From assembly GCA_002470925.1 (NCBI GenBank), contig DKOX01000062.1:1-55690 (forward strand): DNA of 55,690 bases, given 5' to 3'. The first letter of the stretch is position 1, and each line of letters starts with the position of its first letter. The position numbers were made by a program, and so were the translations under genes. Below are positions 1 through 8,214 of this stretch, one piece after another. Origin of the DNA: Opitutia bacterium UBA7350 (lineage in GTDB: Bacteria > Verrucomicrobiota > Verrucomicrobiia > Opitutales > Coraliomargaritaceae). Below the pieces are notes generated by a model. It was not told the origin of the DNA, ran no database searches, and worked only from the letters and a program-made list of their open reading frames with translations.

Positions 1-290
1 AACGCGGAGGAGCGGAGAGGATATTTTAACGCGGAGGAGCTGAGAAAAGGAGTTTTGAGGGGTTGTTTTTATTGAAACGCAGAGGGGTTGAGGATTTAAG
101 ATAATTTCAGTGCTCTGGGTTGAAACCCTAATATAAAACCTCTGATCCTCTGCGTTTAAGATAGCTCAAGTACTCTGCGTAAAAAAATCTCTTTTGCTCC
201 GCTTCTCTGCGCCTTTGCGTTTAAGATAACTCTACTACTCTGCGTTAAATCCCAAATAAAAAAACTCTGCTCCTCCGCGTTAAAAGATAA
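1..290. repeat. Non-coding array of degenerate 60-65 nt repeat units (three direct units plus inverted copies), truncated by the window edge
   Basis: TTTAAGATA at 95-103, 155-163 and 220-228 (variant TTAAAAGATA at 280-289) bounds three direct units. Each unit has T(A/G)CTCTG(C/G)GTT exactly 16 nt after its start (111, 171, 236). Inverted copies: AACGCGGAGGAGC at 1-13 and 28-40 versus GCTCCTCCGCGTT at 269-281, and AAACGCAGAGG at 75-85 versus CCTCTGCGTTT at 147-157. No ORF is present. Confidence 0.8.
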
Positions 291-692
291 TCAGGAAAGG
301 TGCTCAAGGATCTCGACTTCGTAGCCGTCGGGATCGGTGATAAAGGCCATCTTTTTTCCGTCTAGGAATTTCTCGCGCCAGTTGGTGGGCCAGAGTTGCA
401 GGGCGAGTCCGTCGGTCTCCAATCCTTCAAGCATTTTGCAATAGGCATTGAGGTCGTCGACGCGGATGCAGGTATGGACGAGGTCTTCAGGGAATTTGAC
501 TTCAAAGTCGGGGGAGTAGGTAAGCTCGAGCTTGTGGTCGCTGCCGGGAATCGCGAGATGGGCAAGCTGGTTACCGCTCGGGGATTTTTCGGTGCGACGC
601 AAGACTTCAAAGCCACAGGTGCGGCAATACCAGTCGATGGACTTTTCAAGGTCGGAAACGCGGATGCGGGTGTGGTCAAATGTAATTGGCAT
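291..692 (-). CDS. gloA: Glyoxalase I / VOC-family lyase (lactoylglutathione lyase-like)
   Basis: Track ORF 291..728. From the internal ATG at 692 the protein (MPITFDHTRIRVSDLEKSIDWY..LELTYS..VHTCIRVDD..DPDGYEVEILE) matches the glyoxalase I pattern, including the H/E/H/E ligand positions. The 12 upstream codons have no support. Confidence 0.75.
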   Translation of the reverse strand: MPITFDHTRIRVSDLEKSIDWYCRTCGFEVLRRTEKSPSGNQLAHLAIPGSDHKLELTYSPDFEVKFPEDLVHTCIRVDDLNAYCKMLEGLETDGLALQLWPTNWREKFLDGKKMAFITDPDGYEVEILEHLS

Positions 693-735
693 GCAGGCAG
701 TTTTGCCTGAACACCGGTGCGGAATCAATCCGCAA

Positions 736-1377
736 CTACAAGCTTCTCACCACCGCCTTGGCGACACCCTGAACCGCCAGTTCTGCGACGGGGTAGAGTT
801 CCGGGTAGAATTTATTCTCGGCCTTGAGGTAGGGCGGTTCACCGGGTTTCTGGATGTAACGCTTAAGGGTTGTCTCGCCATCGATGAGGGCGGCCACGAT
901 ATCGCCGTCACGGGCTTCGCGGGGTTCGACGATGACCATGTCGCCGTCATAGATTTCTGCATCAATCATACTTTCGCCGCGGACCTGTAGGGCAAAGCTC
1001 TTGCGGCGGCTGTCAAAACTCGCGCTCTGAATATCGACCTGGAGGCGTCCGATTTCTCCGCCGGATTCAACGCGGTCGGGATAACCGGCCGCAATCGCTC
1101 CGTAAACCGGGATATCAACCACTTCGCTGGCATCGTGGGGGATGGACTCAGAATCTTCCTCTCCGGGTCGATTGATGCGGAAGGTGCGGGCTTGACCGGC
1201 GATGCGGTGGATCGCGCCTTTTTTCTCAAGGGCGCGGAGGTGGCCCATTACGGCGTTGGTACTCTTGAATTGGAATTGTTCCTGAATTTCGCGAATGCTG
1301 GGCCAGAAGCCGTTGCGCCACTCGTATTGGCTGATGAATTTAAGAATTTCTTCTTGGCGTTCGGTAAGTGCTTTCAT
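736..1377 (-). CDS. lexA: LexA SOS repressor
   Basis: From the ATG at 1377 the protein starts MKALTERQEEIL, like E. coli LexA (MKALTARQQEV). It has a winged-HTH N-domain and an S24 peptidase C-domain (GESM..., ...TLKRY). The track ORF start at 1416 is a TTG extension. Confidence 0.93.
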   Translation of the reverse strand: MKALTERQEEILKFISQYEWRNGFWPSIREIQEQFQFKSTNAVMGHLRALEKKGAIHRIAGQARTFRINRPGEEDSESIPHDASEVVDIPVYGAIAAGYPDRVESGGEIGRLQVDIQSASFDSRRKSFALQVRGESMIDAEIYDGDMVIVEPREARDGDIVAALIDGETTLKRYIQKPGEPPYLKAENKFYPELYPVAELAVQGVAKAVVRSL

Positions 1378-1380
1378 GGT

Positions 1381-1392
1381 GAACAACTGTTT
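1381..1392. promoter_or_regulatory. Candidate LexA operator (GAAC-N4-GTTY type), proximal
   Basis: GAACAACTGTTT matches 7 of 8 positions of GAAC-N4-GTTC. It overlaps the predicted -10 and lies 4 nt upstream of the lexA ATG. Confidence 0.4.
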
Positions 1393-1416
1393 AGGTGAAC
1401 GCTTGTCTAGTGTCAA
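1388..1416 (-). promoter_or_regulatory. Predicted sigma70-type lexA promoter
   Basis: On the minus strand there is a -35 TTGACA (1416-1411), a 17-nt spacer and a -10 TAAACA (1393-1388). The implied TSS lies only a few nt before the ATG at 1377. Confidence 0.35.
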
Positions 1417-1447
1417 GACCTTGTTTTTAGGAATGTGAATAAGGATT

Positions 1448-1459
1448 GAACAATTGTCG
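1448..1459. promoter_or_regulatory. Candidate second LexA-box-like site
   Basis: GAACAATTGTCG matches 6 of 8 positions of GAAC-N4-GTTC and shares GAACAAyTGT with the proximal site. It lies in the divergent lexA / ABC-SBP intergenic region. Confidence 0.2.
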
Positions 1460-1482
1460 GGTCGCTTTTTCGTAGGGATTGG

Positions 1483-3321
1483 ATGATTGATTTTAAGGCT
1501 AAGGTTTGCGGATTGATGCTAGCGGTGCTTTTGCTGGTGGCGGGTTGCGGTAAGCGGCCCGGTGCGGAGCGCTCGTTTCAAGAGGCGCCGATTCCGGTGG
1601 ACGCGGAGGTCGTGGATTTTCCGCAGGGAAATTTTGGAGGTCGGATCGTGGAGACGATGGCGGGGGACATTGCGACCTTGAATCCGCTTTTGATTGAATC
1701 GGTGGCGGGATCAACCGTGATGGGACGGATTCTCGACAGTCTGGTGACGCTGGATCCCGAGACGGGCGAGGTCATTCCGGGTTTGGCGAAATCGTGGGAG
1801 ATCTCTGAGGATAATTTGGAATACACCTTTCATTTGCGACGGGGGGTGCACTGGAGCGATGGTGAACCGTTTACGGCGGCAGACGTATTGTTTACCTGGA
1901 AGACATTTTTTGCAAAGGAGCGCGATGGCGCAACGGGTGTGGTTGTGGCCGATGCGGAGGGTCGCCCAAAATATCGCTATCCCTCGCGCTCGACGTTCAC
2001 CCAGTTGATCAACGGCAAGGAACCGCGGGTTGAGGCACTGGATGCGCATACGGTCCGTTTTACAACGCCCGAAGTATACGCTCCATTTTTGCTTTTCGGC
2101 GGCGGCGAGGAGATTTTACCGGAGCATATTCTGGGGTCGGCATTTGAAAACGGAACCTTGTTGGAGGCGTGGAATCTGGAGACCGCGATTCAACGACCGG
2201 AAGCGATCGTCGGGCTGAATATGTTTGTGCTGGAATCCTATCGTCCGGGGGAACGCTTGGTCTTTGCACGCAATCCGAATTATTGGAAGGTCAATCCGGC
2301 GGGTGAACGCTTGCCCTACGTGGAGCGTTTGATCACTAAGATTGTGCCGGATGCGAACAGCAGCAATGTGGCTTTTGCGCAGGGCAAGACCGACTTCGAG
2401 GGGATTGGCCCGGACAATGTTGCTTGGGTCAAGCGCGGTGAGGAGCGGCACGATTACACGGTGCTGGATATGGGGCCCTCCAACACAACGAATTTCGTTT
2501 GGTTCAATTTGAACCCGGGCAAGGATGAAAACGGGAAGGCCTACGTCGCACCGCATAAGTTGGAATGGTTCCAGGATAAACGTTTCCGGCAGGCGGTTTC
2601 CTATGGGATTAACCGCGAGGGGATTGTGCGGGGGGTCTTCTTTGGACGGGCGCAAGTGCTGCATGGTTACGTTTCACCGAAGCGAAAATTTTGGTATAAT
2701 GACGCGATACGTAAATACCCCTATGATCCGGAACGTTCGAAGGCGCTCTTTCTGGAAATGGGTTTTCGTTACGTGAATGAACGACTTCATGACGCGGAGG
2801 GTCGCCCGGTGGGGTTTACCCTGATGACCAATTCCAGCAACGGCCTGCGGGTGGAAATGGCGACGGTCTTTAAAGAGAATATGGCAGATTTGGGGATCGA
2901 GGTGGAACTGCAGTTCCTCGATTTTAATACCATCATCACCAAGACTTCCTCCTCTTTTGATTACGAAGCCTGTATGCTCGGTCTCGGCGGTGGTGCGCCC
3001 GATCCCTATGCGGGCAAGGACATCCTTATGAGTGGGGGTCGTCTACACCAATGGCATCCCCAACAGGTGGAACCGGCGACCGAATGGGAGGCGCGGATCG
3101 ACGCGCTCATGCTGGAACTGGGGCGTCATACCGATGTGGAAAAACGGAAGGCGTTTTATTTTGAGGTGCAGGAAATCCTCGCCGAGCAACAACCTATGAT
3201 TTTTCTCGTGAGCGCGAAGGATTATGTCGGGCACCGGAATCGCTGGCAAAATTTACAGCCCACGTTGCTCGGCGGGCTCACCTGGAATATGGAATCCCTT
3301 TGGACGGAGCCGGAGCCGTGA
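1483..3321 (+). CDS. ABC transporter solute-binding lipoprotein, family 5 (Opp/Dpp peptide/nickel type)
   Basis: 612 aa with a lipoprotein signal (LLLVAGCG). Family-5 SBP character runs throughout (WSDGEPFTAADV, NPNYW). It is the first gene of a permease-permease-ATPase-ATPase locus. Confidence 0.9.
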   Translation: MIDFKAKVCGLMLAVLLLVAGCGKRPGAERSFQEAPIPVDAEVVDFPQGNFGGRIVETMAGDIATLNPLLIESVAGSTVMGRILDSLVTLDPETGEVIPGLAKSWEISEDNLEYTFHLRRGVHWSDGEPFTAADVLFTWKTFFAKERDGATGVVVADAEGRPKYRYPSRSTFTQLINGKEPRVEALDAHTVRFTTPEVYAPFLLFGGGEEILPEHILGSAFENGTLLEAWNLETAIQRPEAIVGLNMFVLESYRPGERLVFARNPNYWKVNPAGERLPYVERLITKIVPDANSSNVAFAQGKTDFEGIGPDNVAWVKRGEERHDYTVLDMGPSNTTNFVWFNLNPGKDENGKAYVAPHKLEWFQDKRFRQAVSYGINREGIVRGVFFGRAQVLHGYVSPKRKFWYNDAIRKYPYDPERSKALFLEMGFRYVNERLHDAEGRPVGFTLMTNSSNGLRVEMATVFKENMADLGIEVELQFLDFNTIITKTSSSFDYEACMLGLGGGAPDPYAGKDILMSGGRLHQWHPQQVEPATEWEARIDALMLELGRHTDVEKRKAFYFEVQEILAEQQPMIFLVSAKDYVGHRNRWQNLQPTLLGGLTWNMESLWTEPEP

Positions 3322-4295
3322 TCGCTTATTTATTCAGACGCTTGCTTGCCTTGATTCCCCTCCTCCTCGGGATCACGGGATTGGTGTTCCTGCTGATGAG
3401 CCTTGCGCCGGGTGATTTCCTGACGCCGGTGCGGGTGCAACGGGATGTTTCACCGGAGCTGATTCAGTCAATCGAGCAACAGTTTGGGCTGAATCGGCCC
3501 TGGTATGTGCAGTATGTGAAATGGCTGGGCAATGTTATGACGGGTAACCTCGGGCATTCCTGGGCGTATAAGATGCCGGTGGTGGATCTGATTGGGCAGC
3601 GTATGCTTGCGACTTTTCTGCTTTCGGTTTCAGCGCTGGTGATCGCCTGGGGTATTGCGATTCCTCTCGGCGTACTTGCGGCGATGTATAAGGATTCGAT
3701 CTTTGACCGCATTTCCTCCTTCCTTGCCTACGCGGCGCTCTCGCTGCCGGAGTTTTTTCTGGCACTTCTGTTTATGTTTTTCGCGGCGCAGAGCGGGTGG
3801 TTCCCGATGGGCGGGGCGACTTCCATTGATTATGAATTCATGGGCGCGGGCGGTAAGATTCTGGATCGTGCCCACCATCTTGTTTTGCCGGCGCTCGCCC
3901 TGGGGATTGGTTCGGTGGCGAGCATTATGCGTATCATGCGTGCTAATTTTCTCGATGCAATACGGGCGGACTATGTGAAGACCGCGCGGGCGAAGGGTCT
4001 GCGGGAACGGCGTGTGATGTTTATGCACGCCTTGCGCAATGCCATTAATCCGCTGGTCAGCGCCTTTGGTTTCGCCTTCTCGGGGCTCTTGAGCGGGGCA
4101 TTGATCGTTGAAATCGTGCTACAATATCCGGGCCTCGGTCAACTGATGTATCAATCCATTCTGCGGGAGGATCAATTCGTGGTGCTCGCCTCGGTGATGC
4201 TGGGTTGCACCATGTTGGTGGCGGGCAACCTCCTCGCAGACCTGCTGCTGGCATGGTCGGATCCCCGCATTCGCACCATACGAAAAACAAGATGA
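3318..4295 (+). CDS. ABC transporter permease (DppB/OppB-like)
   Basis: The GTG at 3318 overlaps the SBP stop (GTGA) and gives an N-terminus (M)IAYLFRRLL typical of DppB. An alternative ATG at 3300 is in the same frame. The protein is multi-TM with the binding-protein-dependent transport signature region. Confidence 0.88.
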   Translation: MIAYLFRRLLALIPLLLGITGLVFLLMSLAPGDFLTPVRVQRDVSPELIQSIEQQFGLNRPWYVQYVKWLGNVMTGNLGHSWAYKMPVVDLIGQRMLATFLLSVSALVIAWGIAIPLGVLAAMYKDSIFDRISSFLAYAALSLPEFFLALLFMFFAAQSGWFPMGGATSIDYEFMGAGGKILDRAHHLVLPALALGIGSVASIMRIMRANFLDAIRADYVKTARAKGLRERRVMFMHALRNAINPLVSAFGFAFSGLLSGALIVEIVLQYPGLGQLMYQSILREDQFVVLASVMLGCTMLVAGNLLADLLLAWSDPRIRTIRKTR

Positions 4296-5347
4296 CGGGC
4301 TTGGGCGACATATTTAAGGCAAGTTTCCGGCGACCTCTGGGGGCGCTGTCGGGAGGGCTGTTGCTGGCGCTTTACATGATCGCGATTTTTGCGGATCTGA
4401 TCGCCCCTGCTGCGACGAATGAACAGGATTTGGATCGCACCTACCATCCGCCTACAAAAATCATATGGGGCGAGGGCGGGCTCCGGGTACAGGCCTATGA
4501 CCTGACCGACCCCTCGACTGCTGGCTATGAAGCGGTGCCGGGAAAAAGCTACGCGCTTAAAGTCTTGGGTCGCGGGTTTGAATACCGTCTCTTGGGAATC
4601 TTCAAGACCAACCGCCACCTCCTGGTGTGCGATGATCCCGAAGGAGCGTTTTATTTGCTCGGCAGTGACTCGACCGGCCGGGATGTTTTTTCGCGCCTGG
4701 TGTTTGGTTCGCGGGTCTCGCTTTTTATCGGTCTGCTAGGTATCACGATAACGATGGTCTTGGGCTTTTTGGTTGGGGGTCTGAGTGGGTACTTCGGCGG
4801 GCGCACCGATTTTGTGGCGATGCGAATCGTGGAGTTTATGATGGCGGTGCCGGGGCTCTACTTGTTGCTGGCATTGCGGGCAGCACTCGCACCGCATTTC
4901 GCATCGGATCAAATGTTCTTTGTGATCGTGATCATTCTGGCTTTTATCGGCTGGGCGGGTACGGCGCGTATTTTGCGGGGGATGGCGCTTTCCATCCGGC
5001 AACAGGCTTTTGTGATGGCAGCGGAGAGTATGGGGCAGGGACCCTTGACGATTCTGCGGAAACACGTCCTGCCGAACCTGCTGAGCTATCTGTTGGTGGC
5101 GGCGACCCTCTCGATTCCGGGATACGTTCTGGGTGAAGCGGCGCTCTCCTTTTTGGGACTCGGTATCCAGGAACCCTCGGCTTCGTGGGGCTTGATGCTC
5201 TCGGAGGCGCAGAACGTGAAAGTGTTCTACCTCAACTTTTGGTGGTTGCTGACCCCCGGTCTTGCGATTTTTTTAACGGTCATCGCTTATAACGTCTTTG
5301 GGGATGTCCTGCGGGATGTCGTTGACCCGCGCAGTCAAAAGCGTTGA
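4292..5347 (+). CDS. ABC transporter permease (DppC/OppC-like)
   Basis: The ATG at 4292 overlaps the upstream stop (ATGA). The N-terminal 29 codons of track ORF 4205.. overlap the previous gene. The rest is a typical OppC-like TM protein. Confidence 0.88.
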   Translation: MTGLGDIFKASFRRPLGALSGGLLLALYMIAIFADLIAPAATNEQDLDRTYHPPTKIIWGEGGLRVQAYDLTDPSTAGYEAVPGKSYALKVLGRGFEYRLLGIFKTNRHLLVCDDPEGAFYLLGSDSTGRDVFSRLVFGSRVSLFIGLLGITITMVLGFLVGGLSGYFGGRTDFVAMRIVEFMMAVPGLYLLLALRAALAPHFASDQMFFVIVIILAFIGWAGTARILRGMALSIRQQAFVMAAESMGQGPLTILRKHVLPNLLSYLLVAATLSIPGYVLGEAALSFLGLGIQEPSASWGLMLSEAQNVKVFYLNFWWLLTPGLAIFLTVIAYNVFGDVLRDVVDPRSQKR

Positions 5348-5359
5348 TTCAAAATAGCC

Positions 5360-6223
5360 ATGCCAACCGACACACAAAATCAAGCGGACAAACTTCTGGA
5401 GGTTGAGGATCTACGCATTGCTTTCCCTGGTACAGGTGGCGCGAATGAAGTGGTACACGGGATTGATTTCTCGGTGGAAGCGGGCGGTCATACGGTAGCG
5501 CTACTGGGGGAAAGCGGGAGTGGCAAGAGTGTGACTTGTTTGGCGCTCACGCGGCTTTTGCCGGAGGGGGGTGCCTGCCAGTTGAGCGGTCGTATACGTT
5601 TCAAGGGGCAGGAGGTGCTGGAGATGGATAATGCCAAATTGCAGGCATTGCGCGGGGCGGGGATCGCCTATATTTTTCAGGAGCCGTCCGCTTCACTGAA
5701 TCCGGTTTTTACGGTGGGTTACCAGATCGCGGAAGCGGTGAAGCTCCACCGTCCCGATATAAATGACGTGACGGCACGGGTGGTGGAACTGTTGGAATTG
5801 GTCGGCATCCGCGACGCAGAAAAACGGCGCAAGGCCTACCCGCATGAAATGAGCGGGGGGATGCAGCAACGGGTGATGATCGCAATGGCGCTCGCCTGTG
5901 AACCCAAACTTTTGGTGGCGGATGAACCGACCACTGCGCTCGATGTTACCATCCAGGCTCAAATCATGGAGCTCCTGCGGGAACTGCGCAGCAAGCTCGG
6001 GATGAGCATTATTCTGATCACGCACAACTTCGGGATCGTGAAAGGTTTCGCGGACGAAGTGATGGTGATGTATCAGGGAGAAATCGTGGAGCGCGGCGCG
6101 GTCGATACTGTTTTGGAAAACCCGCAACATCCTTACACGCGCGCCTTGATTGCCTGCATTCCCAAACTCGGCGCGAAGCGCGAGCGGCTCAGCACGATCG
6201 GAGATGCCATGGCGCAGGACTAG
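5360..6223 (+). CDS. ABC transporter ATP-binding protein (DppD/OppD-like)
   Basis: Walker A GESGSGKS, signature MSGGMQQR, Walker [13 protein letters not shown] and the C-terminal oligopeptide-type extension (HPYT). Confidence 0.92.
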   Translation: MPTDTQNQADKLLEVEDLRIAFPGTGGANEVVHGIDFSVEAGGHTVALLGESGSGKSVTCLALTRLLPEGGACQLSGRIRFKGQEVLEMDNAKLQALRGAGIAYIFQEPSASLNPVFTVGYQIAEAVKLHRPDINDVTARVVELLELVGIRDAEKRRKAYPHEMSGGMQQRVMIAMALACEPKLLVADEPTTALDVTIQAQIMELLRELRSKLGMSIILITHNFGIVKGFADEVMVMYQGEIVERGAVDTVLENPQHPYTRALIACIPKLGAKRERLSTIGDAMAQD

Positions 6224-6246
6224 GGGGCTTCCGCCAAAGGGTGATT

Positions 6247-6441
6247 TTAGCGAAACTGATTTTGTTCCGCTTGGTAGTGGTAGTCGGCGGATTTGAGGCG
6301 CTCGATGAGTTCGGCGGGATCGAGGTCATGAGTGCGGCAAAAATCCTCAAAGGAATCGCAATGATTGCGGAGGGCGGTATTGACGAGACCGACCAGCAAA
6401 TGGGGATCCATCCTGTCGTAGTTGCGGAAATCCATTTTCAA
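6247..6441 (-). CDS. DUF4250 domain protein
   Basis: 64 aa. MDPHLLVGLVNTALRNHCDSFEDFCRTHDLDPAELIERLKSADYHYQAEQNQF matches my recollection of the DUF4250 family pattern (MDP..LL..VN.KLR....L..LC....D..EL..KL....Y.Y....NQF). Confidence 0.75.
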   Translation of the reverse strand: MKMDFRNYDRMDPHLLVGLVNTALRNHCDSFEDFCRTHDLDPAELIERLKSADYHYQAEQNQFR

Positions 6442-6528
6442 ATGTTAGGGCGCGGCGTATTTGTGCCAAGTGGATTTTTCAGCCTTATGGGTTGAAGCAT
6501 CGTTCAAAATCGCTGAGGCTGACTGGGA

Positions 6529-7347
6529 ATGGAAGGTGATTCACCAGTAAAAGCAACAGCGAGCCCGCTTCTCAAAGTTGAGGGGTTGAAGGTGCATTTT
6601 CCGGTGCGTGCCGGGATTTTGCAACGGGTGGTCGATACCGTAAAAGCGGTGGATGGGATCTCCTTTGAGGTTCCACGCGGTACAACGGTTGGTTTGGTGG
6701 GCGAGAGCGGGAGCGGGAAAACCACCACGGGGCGGGCGATTGCGCGCTTGGTGCCAGTGACCGCGGGCAGCATTCAGTATAGCGGTAAGGAACTGGTCGG
6801 GTTGAGTAACCGTGAATTCTTCCCATACCGCAAAAAAATACAGGTTATTTTCCAAGATCCCTTTGGGTCCTTGAATCCGCGCATGTCGGTTTACCGCATC
6901 GTTGCGGAACCTATGGAGATTCATTTCAAGGAATGGAGTCGCTCGCAACGCGAGGATCGTGTTGCGGATCTGCTGCGAAAGGTGGGCCTTGATCCGGAGG
7001 CGATGCGGCGTTACCCGCACCAGTTCAGCGGGGGGCAACGTCAACGCATCGGAATCGCGCGGGCGCTGGCGGTGGAGCCGGAATGTATCATCTGCGATGA
7101 ACCGGTCAGTGCTCTGGATGTCTCGGTGCAGGCGCAGATCGTGAATCTCTTGCAGGACTTACAGGATGAACTCGGTCTTACTTATCTATTTATCGCCCAT
7201 GATTTGGCGGTTGTGGAGCATATCAGCGACGAGGTTCTCGTAATGACCGGTGGCAAGATTGTCGAACAAGCCAGCGCCGAAGCAATTTACCGCAATCCCC
7301 AGCATCCCTATACCAAGGGACTGCTTGCGGCGATACCGGAACTTTAA
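6529..7347 (+). CDS. ABC transporter ATP-binding protein (DppF/OppF-like)
   Basis: Walker A GESGSGKT, signature FSGGQRQR, Walker [12 protein letters not shown] and a C-terminal HPYT motif. Confidence 0.92.
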   Translation: MEGDSPVKATASPLLKVEGLKVHFPVRAGILQRVVDTVKAVDGISFEVPRGTTVGLVGESGSGKTTTGRAIARLVPVTAGSIQYSGKELVGLSNREFFPYRKKIQVIFQDPFGSLNPRMSVYRIVAEPMEIHFKEWSRSQREDRVADLLRKVGLDPEAMRRYPHQFSGGQRQRIGIARALAVEPECIICDEPVSALDVSVQAQIVNLLQDLQDELGLTYLFIAHDLAVVEHISDEVLVMTGGKIVEQASAEAIYRNPQHPYTKGLLAAIPEL

Positions 7348-7364
7348 ATCCTGATATCGAAGCC

Positions 7365-7502
7365 ATGAAAAACCCACTACTTACAAGTCTACTACTTGCG
7401 ACGCTGCTTCTCTTTACGGCGTGTTCGACCACGACCCAAGGGAGTGCCTCCGTGATACTTATGTTTATGGAGGCCGCGGTAGAAATCGTGAATCCTTTTT
7501 AG
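7365..7502 (+). CDS. Possible small lipoprotein (45 aa), below the ORF-track cutoff
   Basis: ATG at 7365. The product is MKNPLLTSLLLATLLLFTACSTTTQGSASVILMFMEAAVEIVNPF, with a hydrophobic signal plus a lipobox-like FTA|C. Its TAG stop at 7500-7502 overlaps the stop of the convergent gene. Confidence 0.35.
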   Translation: MKNPLLTSLLLATLLLFTACSTTTQGSASVILMFMEAAVEIVNPF

Positions 7503-8185
7503 CGCACGCGAATCGGAATAACAATTTCCGCTTGGTCGGGCGCTTCAATAAAGAGCTTGCCGGAACCGGGGGCATCGCCCTGCAGGTTGAGGCTGAGGGT
7601 GCGTACTCCCGCAGGGAAGCGGGCTTCCGGCATGATTACGCTTTGCGGTACATCGGTGGTGACGCGGACGGGCAGGCCACCTTCGGGAGCGGGCTGTGCG
7701 AGTTCAAAGACGATCGCCTGGCGTTGACCTGAGCGCAGGTCGATATTGGACGGAATGACCCGTAAATATAACCCATTCGGGTCGCTGGTGGCGGGATCCG
7801 GCGCAACCACCCGCAAGGTCTGCAACTCGCCCTGCGCCTTTTGAATTTCGTCGGGCGTATTATCCCTGAGGAGCTGGTATTGCATCTCAAAGTAGTAGAG
7901 CGCCTCGGAACGGTTGGCGGGCAGGCGGTATTCGTATTCGTAGAAGCCGCCGCCGTCAGGGTGGGGCTGCATGCGATGGGTTTTGCCGTCGATAACGACA
8001 TAGGTTTCCAGGGAATCGCGGTTTACAAGAGCATCCGTCAAGGCAACCCGCGCGCTGAGGGTATAGAGTCCGGAAGCCGAACGTGGGAAGGTTTCGGGCG
8101 TGGTGTTGAGGATCGCCACGGAGCAGCCGCTCAAAAAAAGCGACGCGATTGAGACGAGAAGAGAAAAAATGCGCTTGGCTTTCAT
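7499..8185 (-). CDS. Hypothetical lipoprotein
   Basis: 228 aa with signal plus lipobox MKAKRIFSLLVSIASLFLSGCS. I recognise no family. Confidence 0.7.
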   Translation of the reverse strand: MKAKRIFSLLVSIASLFLSGCSVAILNTTPETFPRSASGLYTLSARVALTDALVNRDSLETYVVIDGKTHRMQPHPDGGGFYEYEYRLPANRSEALYYFEMQYQLLRDNTPDEIQKAQGELQTLRVVAPDPATSDPNGLYLRVIPSNIDLRSGQRQAIVFELAQPAPEGGLPVRVTTDVPQSVIMPEARFPAGVRTLSLNLQGDAPGSGKLFIEAPDQAEIVIPIRVR

Positions 8186-8214
8186 GGGAGGTAATGAAGT
8201 TATGCTTTTCTTTC

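Noticed and set aside
1-290. Possible CRISPR array, because of the regularly spaced repeats
   Set aside because: The units are degenerate and vary in length (60-65 nt). They occur in both orientations and there are no unique spacers between short identical repeats. No cas genes are present in the window.
4205-4291. N-terminal extensions of track ORFs: 4205, 8149, 11548, 11920, 16800, 23726, 27278, 28282, 37889, 42532, 51756, 1416, 728
   Set aside because: The extensions overlap the preceding gene or start at non-ATG codons. They add residues with no homology support. Downstream ATG or GTG starts give canonical N-termini and typical 1-8 nt coupling overlaps.
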